Part shown: positions 27,001 to 29,640 of the stretch, piece after piece
Layout: each line of letters starts with the position of its first letter
How positions within the stretch are numbered: the stretch's first letter is position 1
The notes under the pieces: model-generated
Database searches by the model: none
What the model was told of the DNA's origin: nothing
What the model saw: the letters and a program-made list of their open reading frames with translations, nothing else
Position numbers and translations under genes: made by a program
DNA from: an uncultured Faecalibacterium sp.
Lineage (GTDB): Bacteria; Bacillota; Clostridia; Oscillospirales; Acutalibacteraceae
Direction: 5' to 3'
DNA: 31,501 nt
NCBI GenBank assembly: GCA_964575375.1
Contig: CAZNQI010000001.1
Coordinates: forward strand, 1-31,501

Positions 27001-29640
27001 GACTTCATCGCACCTCTTGACTGCATACTTGCAATCATCCTTAAGGGTGGTCAGGTTGAAGCAGACTTCATCGCAAGCGGTGAAACATCAACAGGTCTTT
27101 CACTCAGCGTTCTTGACGAAGTAAACGTAATGGGTGGTATGGGTTATAACTACTCAATCATCCCGCTTCTTGAACTCCTCGGCATCGATGCTATGAGCCA
27201 AGAACTCTACGATCAAGAAGTTGAAGACAACTACGGCAGCGTACTTTATCCGATCCTTATGCAAATCGTTGATAAGGTAACAGGCGAAGACGGTGTTCTT
27301 CAAAATCCTGTAAGCTGGCTTGCAGATATTCTTGCAAATCTCACTTATGTACTCGGTAACGGTGATATCACAACAATCATTGATAACCTCATCGCTCCGA
27401 TTAATATGCTCCTTGAAAAGGTTGATACATTCTTCCCGATCGCTATTGACATCAACCTTGCTGATATCAATAACGAGACAGCAACAAATAAGGTTGTAGA
27501 TCTCTACCTCGGTAAGGCTCATCCGGAAGTTCCTGCAGGTGTTCACGTTCAAGTAACAGGCGAAGCAGTTGCAGCATTGCTCCTCGACATCCTCGGCGGT
27601 ATCGAAATTAACGGCTCTAAGCTTCTTAAGGATAATGCTGAAATCGATTGGCTTGCTCTCGCTTCACAAGCAGCAGCTGATAAGGATGCTGACGGTAAGA
27701 TAGACTTCGCTAAGACTAAGCTCGATGCTAAGTACGATATCTACAACGGCACATCCTACAGCACAGTAGTTGGTGGTGCAGCAGATACATTTATGACTGT
27801 TATTACCTTCGCACTCAGCATTGTAGATGTTGACTCACTTATTGAAAATCTTAATCTCGATCCGGCAATCAAGGAAATTATCCAAAATGTAATCGATGAC
27901 CCAACACAAATCGTTGATATCATCGGTAGCTTGTTCGGTGATTCAGTCAACTATCAGCCTGTTCAGAACAGAGCAATCAACGTTACAGGTGTAACTTATA
28001 AGGAACTCTACTTAACAGACGACAGCGTAGACGTCATTGCAAATGGCTTCGATGCACTCATTGAAGATATACTTGAAATGGCTGGTCTCGGCACATCTGT
28101 AAGAAGCCTTGTATCCGGTTACATCACAAACGCAACAGTTAACTCACTTGTTGACACAATCGTTGGCTTGCTTGCAAGCAATTCAGTAGCTCCGATACTC
28201 GAGACAATTTCCGGTCTTGATCTTGGTGTTGAAATTCCGCTTACAATCAACGCATTTGCAGCTAAGATAAGCGAGCTTGCTGCAACACGCAGTTACCTTA
28301 AGGGTGCAGCAGCACACCTTAACAAGGCAACAGGCGAAGGCGCAACATGGGCAAATGTTGGCTCCTTCAAGGAAGCTAACATCGCATGGGGCATCAGTGA
28401 AGGCGATCTCTACGCATTCGTTCAAGCTCTCGCAGGCTTCCTTTCACCGCTTAACGATGTTCTTCAGCTTCTCCTCATTGGTGAAGGTCTTGAACTCAAT
28501 GTTATGGATATCGTTCAAATCGGCGGCGGTAACGGTTACGATTATGCTATCATTCCTCTCCTCGAAGCATTCGGTCTCAGCGCTTCTGATGTAGCATCTG
28601 TAGACGTATACAGAGGTATGGTTGAAAAGGATGAAACTCAACTTCTCGGTTACATCCTTAACAGAATAGCATTCTTCGCTGACAAACTTCTTGACGCTCC
28701 TGTTGACACACTTCTTTCAATTCTTCCGAACCTTGCATACTTCTTCTCTAACGATGGTCTCCTTCTTACAGTGAAGAACTTGCTTGCTCCAATCTATCCG
28801 GTACTTGAATTCGTATTACCGCTTCTCGGTGTAGATCTCGAATCGTATCTGAACCTTGAAGAACTTCTTCACAGCTTCGATATCGGTATCGTAATCCTTG
28901 ATAACAAGTACAACTTCAAGATTCCTGTTCTTGATTGGGTAGAGCTTGCAGAGCAGGGCGGCGAATATATGAACTTCTCAACAGCAACATCACGCTCACT
29001 CGAAGCTAACTCCTATGCTAAGTTTATGACAGCAGACGAGTACAGTGATTACACAGCAGCAAATAAAGAGGGTATCGAAAACAGCCCGACAAGCTACTAC
29101 AAGAACATTAACGGACGTCCTGTTCAGGCTTCTGTTGTAGCAAATAAGGGTGATACACTCTACTGGGTACTCAACTGGGCAATCGAAATGTTCGCAGACG
29201 ATCACAACAGAGAATCTCTTATCCAGTGGCTCATTGATTTCTTCGAACTTAAGAGTGGCGCACAGCAAACTGTAAGATATGGTGTGAACGAATTGTTCAA
29301 CATCCTTGACAGCTACAACACATCAGAAATCATTGTTGCAGCTCTCTTCCATGCACTTGGCTTCGCTATCGTAATTGATGCAGGTCTCATGGGTAATGTT
29401 GCTCAAGTTCAGCAGATATTCGATGATCTCTTCGCAGCACTTGCTGATGGTTCAACTTGCGCATACGGTAGTATCGCAAAGGCTCTTGAACAGCTTACAG
29501 GTGTTTGGTACGACACCGTTGGTGACGACCAAGACCACGAAGATGCAGTTCAGGATGCAGAAGAATCACTCAACTGGTTCCAGAGAATCATTAAGAAGAT
29601 TAAGGAATTCTTCCAGAAGATTTTCGGTATCTTCAAATAA
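1..29640 (+). CDS. Giant secreted/cell-surface repeat protein (>=9879 aa) of unknown family; probably 5'-truncated by the window
   Basis: Stop-free frame over 29.6 kb ending TAA at 29638-29640. Strong, consistent codon bias (CTT/CTC, ACA, GCA/GCT, GGT/GGC, GTT/GTA). Hydrophobic N-terminus, 15 internal modules and a terminator directly downstream. The TTG at position 1 lies inside a hydrophobic stretch with no basic n-region, so the true start is likely a few codons upstream. Confidence 0.97.
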   Translation: MLAIMMIVSSVSVCFGVLGADNTIDNLMSRIEFHHATLADYILAAKAEKATAEDKKKVPRQNGTDYWYVELDSSTSSWHWVTAAYVEAAKVKLAAGKTTVYSIYKAIYDDFVTALSTRETALTIDQYNEILEYYAFGQTADGSCEGVELYIGAGFDVLQWAPDYEDIPESADDLQLYNATVNFAVTNGSVTEITFENTQQDSAVIAASMASVKEQVAAFVTKANTWFTTNYEELGATQGMDVLNETVIGISTDIDQFSDAIEMTGVGTPEDIWNYYVTPNITNPDNQKTWAEVKQWYKTNIVGYIAAAYATQYQDAIEALFARAATETTGNALEITYKEIVAQLDALEDQDAFDGENIVNIQTKIIAAFPAKDGLSGDTYYSNLLTRVTDLAHLVANTHANEQYDDFVRLFKLVVDTDLTDPSILTPSQSTALGHVWEPCAGATCAETCASDTCTREDEHCIHTDYNAAFEFLNGDADNGVKGASSVIAVFNESVFPYIENAGGETYFGYLINVGANSTLAQADKITFTEANWNKFLSAYGVVNLNVNGSTYIEYKARMDAYIDAAILTGSMPYSTIVGMVNDILNMGYKECRTLVEDTATADLAKEIFGEEGVDPYTEFINDLKRRAVNRIYDLVDQVYFYYKEAGNKVTYYNFESIIGAYDAVASEAIPSELLRFLNTYPKYDPDAEQFAEQVAENPDYVRLHDDVATYYDSVNEGNPSVIAQAEEYQSMLKQMREAQGGIDVDVDIRNILFDKWDGASNYAGTYYTYIWDKGLGTLDYSLVQEIIDSVGLLSTAKAEALVEQAIDDLNGIILSKDLADLIGGLMSGNKHKTKTDSDGNVTYGYVCYTSTSADSGNIVYSSDPNITGTTVNGTTYTSVEAMTNPLGYWEYKYTFGTDTYYVGQACENIKEWLMAMIVNYLFSGQLQTMLFTLLNEMVGPMIYDMAGEVDLMVESGSSAYIFPMFLRCTLATMPQWYVENSDYTYGLGQTGVQFYRWFNGSLSLSGVGTWPNYSKILEICRTAPIYDSTGDEEARTYWTDTVLKNYPEGTSDVKGIDPALWDDMDDSAVWQIKSWEQFYMAMASATSGYQALLGGLLTSDRSAYALKAAVLSINLGGDMYFYASEDCIYDALLLPLYELLGITNYPSKDTIVADCAANNAFGSTYYIKNYGYDLWRDLISPLINWLEGTFFVDPVGTILDLLPNLVAALEYNQIAPKLKRITLHYMYDVSVVVTSVTGSGDMYLSNDLIIPLLDGIDLENGISGLLESLSKTTRTAWGPTYDDAAAWNYYTNFLLVDETDANGNVLYYDYDDTATTYAAKYTNGTTTNDSLTKVTKKVAYYDEENSCYYLATGKLSQTLFGLSKGMLDAYKWTKDKSGDMVGKLALTIPANRLMAMSTCTGKTVAGVNETHYIYHLYADRSDVLLVLIRWILNDGVLNLVGAILGTEGIIGTVLGALQGQADTLVGILVSLLNEYPVGGYTYINSASNKGTDGEILLDWARKESGDTLSSDSAQFVLGEYLTDSLSDMSTADVNTTDEERLEKVNTAIKNVDELIMDLIPTILDLLGDTLDGILGKPLNLLGQEVSLSFIQDILNNIDTTSATPLADAVADIVSSNELMQLVAEILFNPTTTTDEEGNTIESPSLFAGILASDTMVKLLPTLAKFGIDIRPGAFYENTATGANFENAGIANWLAAQYGEALENADATTKAELQRSYMNLTWAQVSAPDKGYDWYPSLSDKATNEEKVDAFFSLLTDLLSPLNSIFSFILTGEDLRFFDELYLEGNNGYQRSLTMILESFGVGNVEIPGTSYTVSMSDANYKTYVLNMTGTLPSKETYESNTGNRNYPIYNSPLTPLLVGIRALLIGDDSTKLTGLLESPITVLLELLPNLAYFMYTYDTEELDANGAPVRTSNFAQAVKNLIGPVLEILSIVDPIVSKILELDVAALIDEYLDLETLLNTLLSKTFKEEGINGEFTISSFVDFGSIAVHGGTATTYTSNVDTSVAYGSFSTFHYFDGHAGKTFITLVRSILNEDVMQLIASAWESWYVSDGAGNYDADQVARVEEIVLALVNRCKEDNMTNGKYDGTAVDIIVGILVDLLTDYVPGTGVDMFYETLGDALLNNTEAAIQKYGIEHKGYDWDSITQDENGNVLFTQQEVEDTLDSLDAIIGKAVPDILDILSSTGTLDLSKLGIELDSSAVGLYDIVAGLVGDLVYSDSLMTTIYNALLGILGGGTVSDLLPIIAEAGIDLSADKLYVAADANSGLRQFMSYGLTVSDDGKVNGEALTWAMIKDAHNKVSTYKYDDNGNVVLNADGTPALAYAQIAKLDDDGNEVKAEDGTTVMVDDTANPITTSVQLYDQKKNADGEYLYTYKNAAGETVEYTSTISALKSFAVKTGTEEIENEDGGTETKDVYTKYDLTVVYDETSTPKWSFGFLEGNANFYKNIDIFVAALWDLINPLETILTALFFGEETGTAVKLFDTLNIEGMDGYENTILPLLRGFGLDAILTYLNTNTADGDTDTYLATLNAKRTAKYGSDVSQIPANLIKGNAGAKRSFGGWVLKDTTTEATWTYAAENAGTITWDGTYDMEMFINVILHYVFFFVEILAEYPIATLTQMLPTLAYFIVGDGLNEVVSNLLSFVTVLTDRLAPVLAIDVNDVGAGIIDRLGTNTWDSFTEIFGFYVDDDGQKKYDVVTYDENGNKTVTTELASTKNISFTEALVSFVANIKIDMAGIYKYDQPYMRTITTFIDADVENAAWDIINANTINGVTDADKLEEARQLRTVAVTGWLRSLAALADPIGASGYTTVADGNGNTKTIKPSGSVDLTTQSVTIDANGKATITDTTTAVEKSNLVKIDAYNGQVTVSKADVLMFILDFVFANTTLKEVLGSVLGYDITDENGTDAAMLDEILTGVFKNPDEVVDLIVTLFTEYSVAAASEVQLIAIEEYHYDFYDDNGYSYSDVTAEDWSGSIIARTKTSYAIDNLDKLVGTVLNLFKADLTKEGALLNGIVDADDDLTLGNMVNTLLEDMLFTDEMINNLLGMLVGLLASDSVDNILGIVTDILDNVKDSNGNALNIAPAAFKNNATLTSLIGSATSWKEVGEANTQYEYKYATLTKDEQGNLVTATDANGDIIYASYYAKSNELEGTTVTVDADSDGDKDDTVKLIPVYNKIQETRTTTVDGVETVEYVYYYNTLVDDETVENLVYLEKTGETTITIEATDDEEAYEQPIQAKMIDDTTSQKTAIKFDADWNIVVEATVTDDMTAAEKEAAIETARVQSRNNFVKVIWDILSPLSMVLELFLTGGNITIYDEITLRGFDGYAGVILPIIEALGVTALKDTDGNAYLTADKYYANQTSYEAAVYGDGTTQGNKQVMLQSIVDALLALVDSLCERPVSTLATVLPYLARFLESNGIDVVLQNLLSPVTAITNLIKNIYDLDLMGMVKGILYNLANSEESSEVEQEAAEYLDQQIDAAQEANEAAGIAVVDASAEDDKTENSIENNTGIDFGKLTFMDILWDLILGVSFEIGEEGAKTKIELSDIISEQLFVTIASCAWYDTEGDNDVYIKSPVFVAANLNDSYVENKNIENETFYVDRETVLLAVLESIVFQPGVRELLAAFIKGLDFSDEYLQTIDMKNDEGDLDTNELLSALIYGVFEDPQAIEALIINLLSWYDIVYSDERVNNNTENTELPEVDWDATGLSKAELEALPTQLDGLVTAILPLIGELLPVLGVNLDLNLQGDTVEEVVQNLLTSLFVDTEDKNGLATTIFTLLVNLFGKGKLDSILSMVYELTGGADGGINLQLSYFKAQNATVATVFAGCDTWEDAYNKFYTVDAFDPSVHFIYDVDNEATPDVDESKNKIYTYNNGTNLLATHEIEIENADGETITKKVPVIALATKTDKDGVVSNIPAAVDAEVKIDSYGNEYYITAAADDATEVLKDENGNTIYIAETDKDGNVVYAEQYSLKLGETNSFGITNYNGVLALLEDIVVPFVPVLKLLMLEDGDLVILDGITISAGDGYDRFIIPVAEMLGITIEKDKNAVAAIATDEEFAVFVVDGIEKLLHTILAAPVQTIINLIPSLSYFITSEGLAQAVEQLLAPVITLVDMVNEVSAAEQVIEGRDEPLVALNVYAFLVDLLKDTIAFPEGTDTVEEIVDNLLTENGLIDLIKNLVNKDKAPDSAEYKDLSFLDGIFSLIVSKTCAISNVETMRYFGAQTIGSARYVKGVRSENANTILQIISEIVLSEDGLVFDILAVAGVDLNNEKNATIKTVIEGITGDNRYCVLEVLLNYFNHYDVENDLLEYLSFDELTYDYDTYSVDTTLTARKVRRAIKKLDQALIAIIPDLLPMLEEVALLKGALESVKDTDGGYTGVTLEKVVEAILTDLAFNDEMMDTIVGALVGVLGGTEIIDTILPLLDDLLDINFTPAGVITASDNAAVDAMLQAAIDAADLRVMDDKGTPDDTSDDVQKTDDNNNPVYRAATWADIAAYYSENVYYYVDTVVTEDDEATEADESKTEYVVAKHIDKAIIENETETEITLEDGTKKTVTLYTYEIAIADSSKNEFTYKTVSETDATKVAAGTTVVVDYTWGISDATSFDAKYNAFIDVLYGFIIELEPVLNFLFRGEDIAITSKDSDGNTQKVIELKGGEGYEYAILPLLKGLAADQFGTVKTAEEYMAAKNSKVTLTAITDGVFNIVDALCNSPVEYILTLVPSLAYFIESDGVEKLITNLLSPVFALLDVAEPAVGDLLNDLLGGVLGNALGAYMPSNVGTTVTTTLYGYSYTVDVEAEEDTETEEETEAVAETEASDETEATEDDAEATTKTVEVYLENADQATITVDGKEYALTALTGDKATKVEKTTTYTLDEIVSEIGTSENLVNIINNLVGGLLVKDKTDANGNAIAPIQLLSENFFSEYVQYAVDMGDIDSGKTYFNATVIKEGGEFGGHTGATVTIASDKYDASIHGEYYTLTGETRNVVKNFKVDIADSFVYLLDNVLSEELLNALLPAEKRVDEKTGEQNLVGMIIENLIALINGDVAGLTITDVLVSLFEGYEITYADFSNIYIEIDHTNDIAAGNLPGKLDTIINEALPLVLTLLVTGEQKEGSIMDVILDTVKKEVPADSTVIEEVVEAILNNLAFSDDMMNTIVNLLVGVLGGTVGKDNIIDTILDILVIGGKKLTADDYLASITAHFNGKADYTTAVNAVKGIIGNAKTWSEVKANAPADTSEDAKEGAIAIEADWGIDEATDKKAAFINAIMVLLQPVTPVLQLLLQGKTLTLLESGGVYKGDFETVYNTTTGTDSETPDDDRAAEYTAGVTLGTGFLEIRGSKGYEEGILGLVDALCLVDAGLATETTEDDIVTPEVYNAYTDIEDILGTILDIVFGIVDGIASGPVEYISQHLAGLLYFVVSDNLTVLVDNVLALAWGLLEVVEPITGESDALIQSLLNINLDDYLTIDGLVALINGLIEGKKELELTAVTDENDVVTGYTAANGDKTYEVALDDSTIVEKDGKLYATVKTGTLDLVITVDMLKTLIAEIGAYTVATSYRSDVNTALKDGDNLVDTSGNTVLDEDGNIDTTKVTTGKIATVTGSQEYFVNGLLTFAIDEILPMFADETNPDAVINQVIGYLSADGAVAGVIKFLNDLTTKYIVEFFAIEEPEVALQKLEVLYANAAGHSVTKAETETALNNLDALIAELLPMLGLLNDGETLADLVSGFVLTDSILNTVVGLLAGIFGGLNQDVLDIIEIVAGALGEEIDITAETYAKDADIAGFFGDATTWAEVIEDYTKYVYNYEVTDSEGKKSTKEYYGADGMTTASIDIDGDGTEETVVLTKAYAEVDKTETTGEGDAAVTKTYYTYGENKTEIALEAKEVTTKDGKLYATIEDVEYELTVVKTNAEEQTTKVIYDYAWGLAELDSTEKKIDKFVAVLTSFLAPVDFVLEVILAGGTSTGSAENADSISAFKEINIMGGSGYNYAIIPLMEALGVPADMIKTQTEYEATIATQGTLGYILDTVLTYVVGGLDKPVDFVMNIIANLAYTISKDGLTTIVGNLIAPISAILKSIEGVLPVAIVIDLNGIFDESKEILNFKMGDDVAAAGYNVGLTLDLNGVTLEELIITVIEKYASSLNLEISFRDLAAGSAKTDENGAIIYTASKVNSDLAGNDIKVWDKLSGTWGKNISGDKADTIITLLDMIITTDNINGILKMLNVDLDATLDGLGEKFAVLKTVVNDAIDDPTVLVDTIIKILSASDYNVDELKVLYDAIASSEYEYNEDVASKTQVELALTKLDAVINNAIDDVFNILKGLDNMPQFVLDLANSGATGSIEELVNYLLKDMVFTDEIINMILGALIGVFAGMDDETFNTVNKILNKILGVKLDLASFVNTGLVDTTYLKDFADTATTWKAFAQANTKYAFTYETTDAEGKTVTNEVYLAEDATEYVDAEGITYSVTAKNGEDGKQLSKVVIDHKWGLATAADADAREALFVDIILEIIAPFNKVLEFLFRGEDIAILIDGIKLQGGNGWDNVIVPLGMALGEDISVTKANATAVDCVEALLGGILNIVDKVGNAPINTIVDVVAGLSYFLASDGVEEAVNGILAPITGLLSLLSGVIGMDDINALLKGLINMDLNDIADIAGDYGEELVAMVNELIGSVEITDATTGETYAINLLPDDFFLKVAEYAIDYKASDVVTLGEDELGYDYQPEHKYVTDFTVDGADGLMYVLSTVCSTDFLTALATKLGVNVNDDKVDMLEGIILGLAGKQDNIVDIIITLLTDYTVTYTEYTRQPIDKIDVQHNAPMNDDNLAAALAALDPIIAAVISMLVADADSLEGLVANLINKVDLANMLMELLVPALANLNLDDILNYVKQLTNLDLALDPQTFVQNARFGSELATFIGTAKTWAEVRDNRFTASEPDADGKITYTIDKFDWKLGLEGTLPAGTGRFDGIVNLVCDLLMPLDVVFELLLTGEQIIAIPDYNEDGTRGDDIRVNGGEGYNYAIIPLLEAFGIEALSEEEYIALAVGTDTVDGKGHLYPILNAIIEKVETLLDAPIATLLPMLANIFYFIGTDGINNVASNLLAFVNYLLNKIDPVFHIGVKVDLGAETIFEYELGDDAAKNVPAGVNINVAANDIISLVNDLLAGLKVVDIDGDGEKDPLGISLDIDWLEIAAQMAAAKNAYTTDKLGSNVTVWIAESDVKKAEDGTLTTVMIINGTETTVTLTAVEGKNPAVVEIPTAQVKVDADGNVVPATWYNIIGDAEDTFTTLINAILTKENTYAIAQLIEGLLGDALNGMDGINNETGEANDEFNLKGLLYDIIYEENGLKELISVVVLLLSGEYDITTYPVIYKYLGVLTFFAGNTEDQASLNTAITKLDAIITREVPELVTMFIKEDATGIVSDLRTAAVNSSDLSGMIDYLLNTLLFTEENYDKLIGILVKALGGFLTADLCGTLNELLGIDLAPVAFATATGNAKILAYVNEAESEEGKAITWADVWAAHSDADGEAVAYEWNLAGTDGKLSTAEFVDSVLDLLVPLNPVLDFILAGGSIDLLDKAVSLPGGDAYNTALVPLFKALGIDLAEADTSTEALDKLVDGLLGDRTNTENDGLVEKLGAAPLNTILKLVAGLSYLLANDNLEPIIKNLLAPVFSILDLLESVISRDQIDAILSSFLVIGGKGYGLTDIIEIGNNGGANLVELLNGIIGGLEIKDADGNVVDTLKLLPDNFFVELSKYAVDVTTPETGLVENETIAESWTYDAAETLMYILDTVLSDSFLKVLANIINPNAAEGDTLTTILTGLADKEMAVVDLILMFLENYTVSYNKIPQTDLTGDAADYTAFQDNAGEIAEALPDAITALDALLGTVLGLLGQDSDLGALVDGLLKNADLGKLIMNALVPALAGLNLDAIIGYVNDLTNLDLHIDPQTFKTSAKFGSSLADFIGDAETWAEVRDAHFTKGEDDTYTWNGYDFGLNTLEDVINFAADLLMPLDIVFQVLLCGEQIIALEDEDKQRRADIRINGGYGYNYAIVPLLEALGADVLTQAEYELQAQADGSSLKYILDTIVTRVNTILAAPISEVLGLVANLFYFIGSEGINTIVANLVAPVVEILDQVCEVYPISIFVGIVDGAFKFEFDIENKKGLEPGFVFDVKASALNDLISGILSGIKVNGEPLGLTLDLNWLELAAAMAVRDENGDIVYTESSMVYGYNNTTVTGTGNDPYKNITGDPADSLVTILNAVLSDANVAVIKDLVLGLLGDAELDPTLDGLIDDLLSDNDGLVNLIGAVVLVLTGEYEIKTLDMIFKFLGDVDYNVANADAAIETLDRLIGKAIPVVLPLIAGENIEEGSLMDTVVDASANVPNGTPVLTHIINTLLNDMVFTNDMMKTITDLLVGALGGALSESLCTTLNDLLGIDLSPVAFAQASGNAELIAYVNAATGTGTPEYDADGNAIEGTQAITWADVKAAHSTVDTKGTEDTTDDVTTYDAIFTGVDTKDEFLGNIYDILEAVEPVLAFLLTGGNLEIAKGYNVENIKLLGNKGYENAIYYLFKGLGLEEMGATWQALGDDDDAIDALRYTIDYVFTLVETLGEKPFDTIIVLIANLSYLIANNGVEVVLTNLVSPILSLVDALEGTISRAELDALLVTFTKSETLTISGILGIAGENGKALVDLVNGLLPNIKIYEDSAYNADGTLKENAEPIHVINALPDDFFVQLSKVAIEVDDPADLVDPDDIGDAANTWHVDTGDALMYVLKTVLSQDFLQILCELLKVQETNEDGSENMVYGIVTSLEGKEEELLDLLLALLTKYLVEYKAYNQDVLNKTVVIDDAQTQEQFSSIVGNLDELIPTVLGLVGLKDSAGNEVTSLEQLVNGFLTDDIADMLVGMITELLAGLPSATIDTILGYVTELTSLTNLNITPKAFANNNFGSKVKSFFDASVVAYNTAHAADEGFTAVTLDTITWAQVWEVNSEEVAGADGSTTLEFTGYAWGITGLEDLVNLLCDFIAPLDCILAIILKGGQVEADFIASGETSTGLSLSVLDEVNVMGGMGYNYSIIPLLELLGIDAMSQELYDQEVEDNYGSVLYPILMQIVDKVTGEDGVLQNPVSWLADILANLTYVLGNGDITTIIDNLIAPINMLLEKVDTFFPIAIDINLADINNETATNKVVDLYLGKAHPEVPAGVHVQVTGEAVAALLLDILGGIEINGSKLLKDNAEIDWLALASQAAADKDADGKIDFAKTKLDAKYDIYNGTSYSTVVGGAADTFMTVITFALSIVDVDSLIENLNLDPAIKEIIQNVIDDPTQIVDIIGSLFGDSVNYQPVQNRAINVTGVTYKELYLTDDSVDVIANGFDALIEDILEMAGLGTSVRSLVSGYITNATVNSLVDTIVGLLASNSVAPILETISGLDLGVEIPLTINAFAAKISELAATRSYLKGAAAHLNKATGEGATWANVGSFKEANIAWGISEGDLYAFVQALAGFLSPLNDVLQLLLIGEGLELNVMDIVQIGGGNGYDYAIIPLLEAFGLSASDVASVDVYRGMVEKDETQLLGYILNRIAFFADKLLDAPVDTLLSILPNLAYFFSNDGLLLTVKNLLAPIYPVLEFVLPLLGVDLESYLNLEELLHSFDIGIVILDNKYNFKIPVLDWVELAEQGGEYMNFSTATSRSLEANSYAKFMTADEYSDYTAANKEGIENSPTSYYKNINGRPVQASVVANKGDTLYWVLNWAIEMFADDHNRESLIQWLIDFFELKSGAQQTVRYGVNELFNILDSYNTSEIIVAALFHALGFAIVIDAGLMGNVAQVQQIFDDLFAALADGSTCAYGSIAKALEQLTGVWYDTVGDDQDHEDAVQDAEESLNWFQRIIKKIKEFFQKIFGIFK
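61..2409 (+). other. Non-repetitive N-terminal head region (about 780 aa; Ala/Tyr-rich, probably helical)
   Basis: None of the module motifs is seen before EQAIDDLNGII at 2410. No catalytic motif recognised. Confidence 0.6.
1303..1389 (+). other. Cys/His cluster (possible metal-binding or disulfide knot)
   Basis: HVWEPCAGATCAETCASDTCTREDEHCIH contains 5 Cys and 3 His in 29 aa, in a protein otherwise poor in both. Confidence 0.6.
2410..29350 (+). repeat. Array of 15 divergent protein modules (R1-R15) inside the giant CDS
   Basis: The anchor residue before the aromatic in GxxG[YW]xxxIxPLxxxLG is at nt 3385 (degenerate), 5362, 7471, 9967, 12070, 13963, 16006, 17932, 19585, 21001, 22699, 24073, 25618, 27142 and 28534. 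Each is preceded by AIxxLDxLI-like and TW/WG motifs and followed by a PxxxLLxLLPNLAYF-like and an LL[AS]P[VI]-like motif. Outer boundaries are approximate. Confidence 0.9.
14371..14478 (+). repeat. Acidic low-complexity E/T/A/D linker (degenerate ETEA repeats)
   Basis: DVEAEEDTETEEETEAVAETEASDETEATEDDAEAT, with GAAACTGAAGCT-type units recurring at the DNA level. Confidence 0.75.
29569..29637 (+). other. C-terminal basic amphipathic helix (putative membrane anchor or sorting signal)
   Basis: LNWFQRIIKKIKEFFQKIFGIFK-stop has W/F/I at i, i+3/i+4 spacing with K/R/Q on the other face. It follows an acidic spacer (DDQDHEDAVQDAEES). Confidence 0.75.

Noticed and set aside
17932..27142. Assembly artefact from expanded identical repeats
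   Set aside because: Even the closest modules differ at many amino acids and synonymous sites and have different indels.
2410..29350. Polytopic membrane protein or phage tape-measure protein
   Set aside because: The hydrophobic helices are regularly interrupted by Asp/Glu/Asn/Lys (amphipathic), there is a signal peptide, and no phage genes are nearby.
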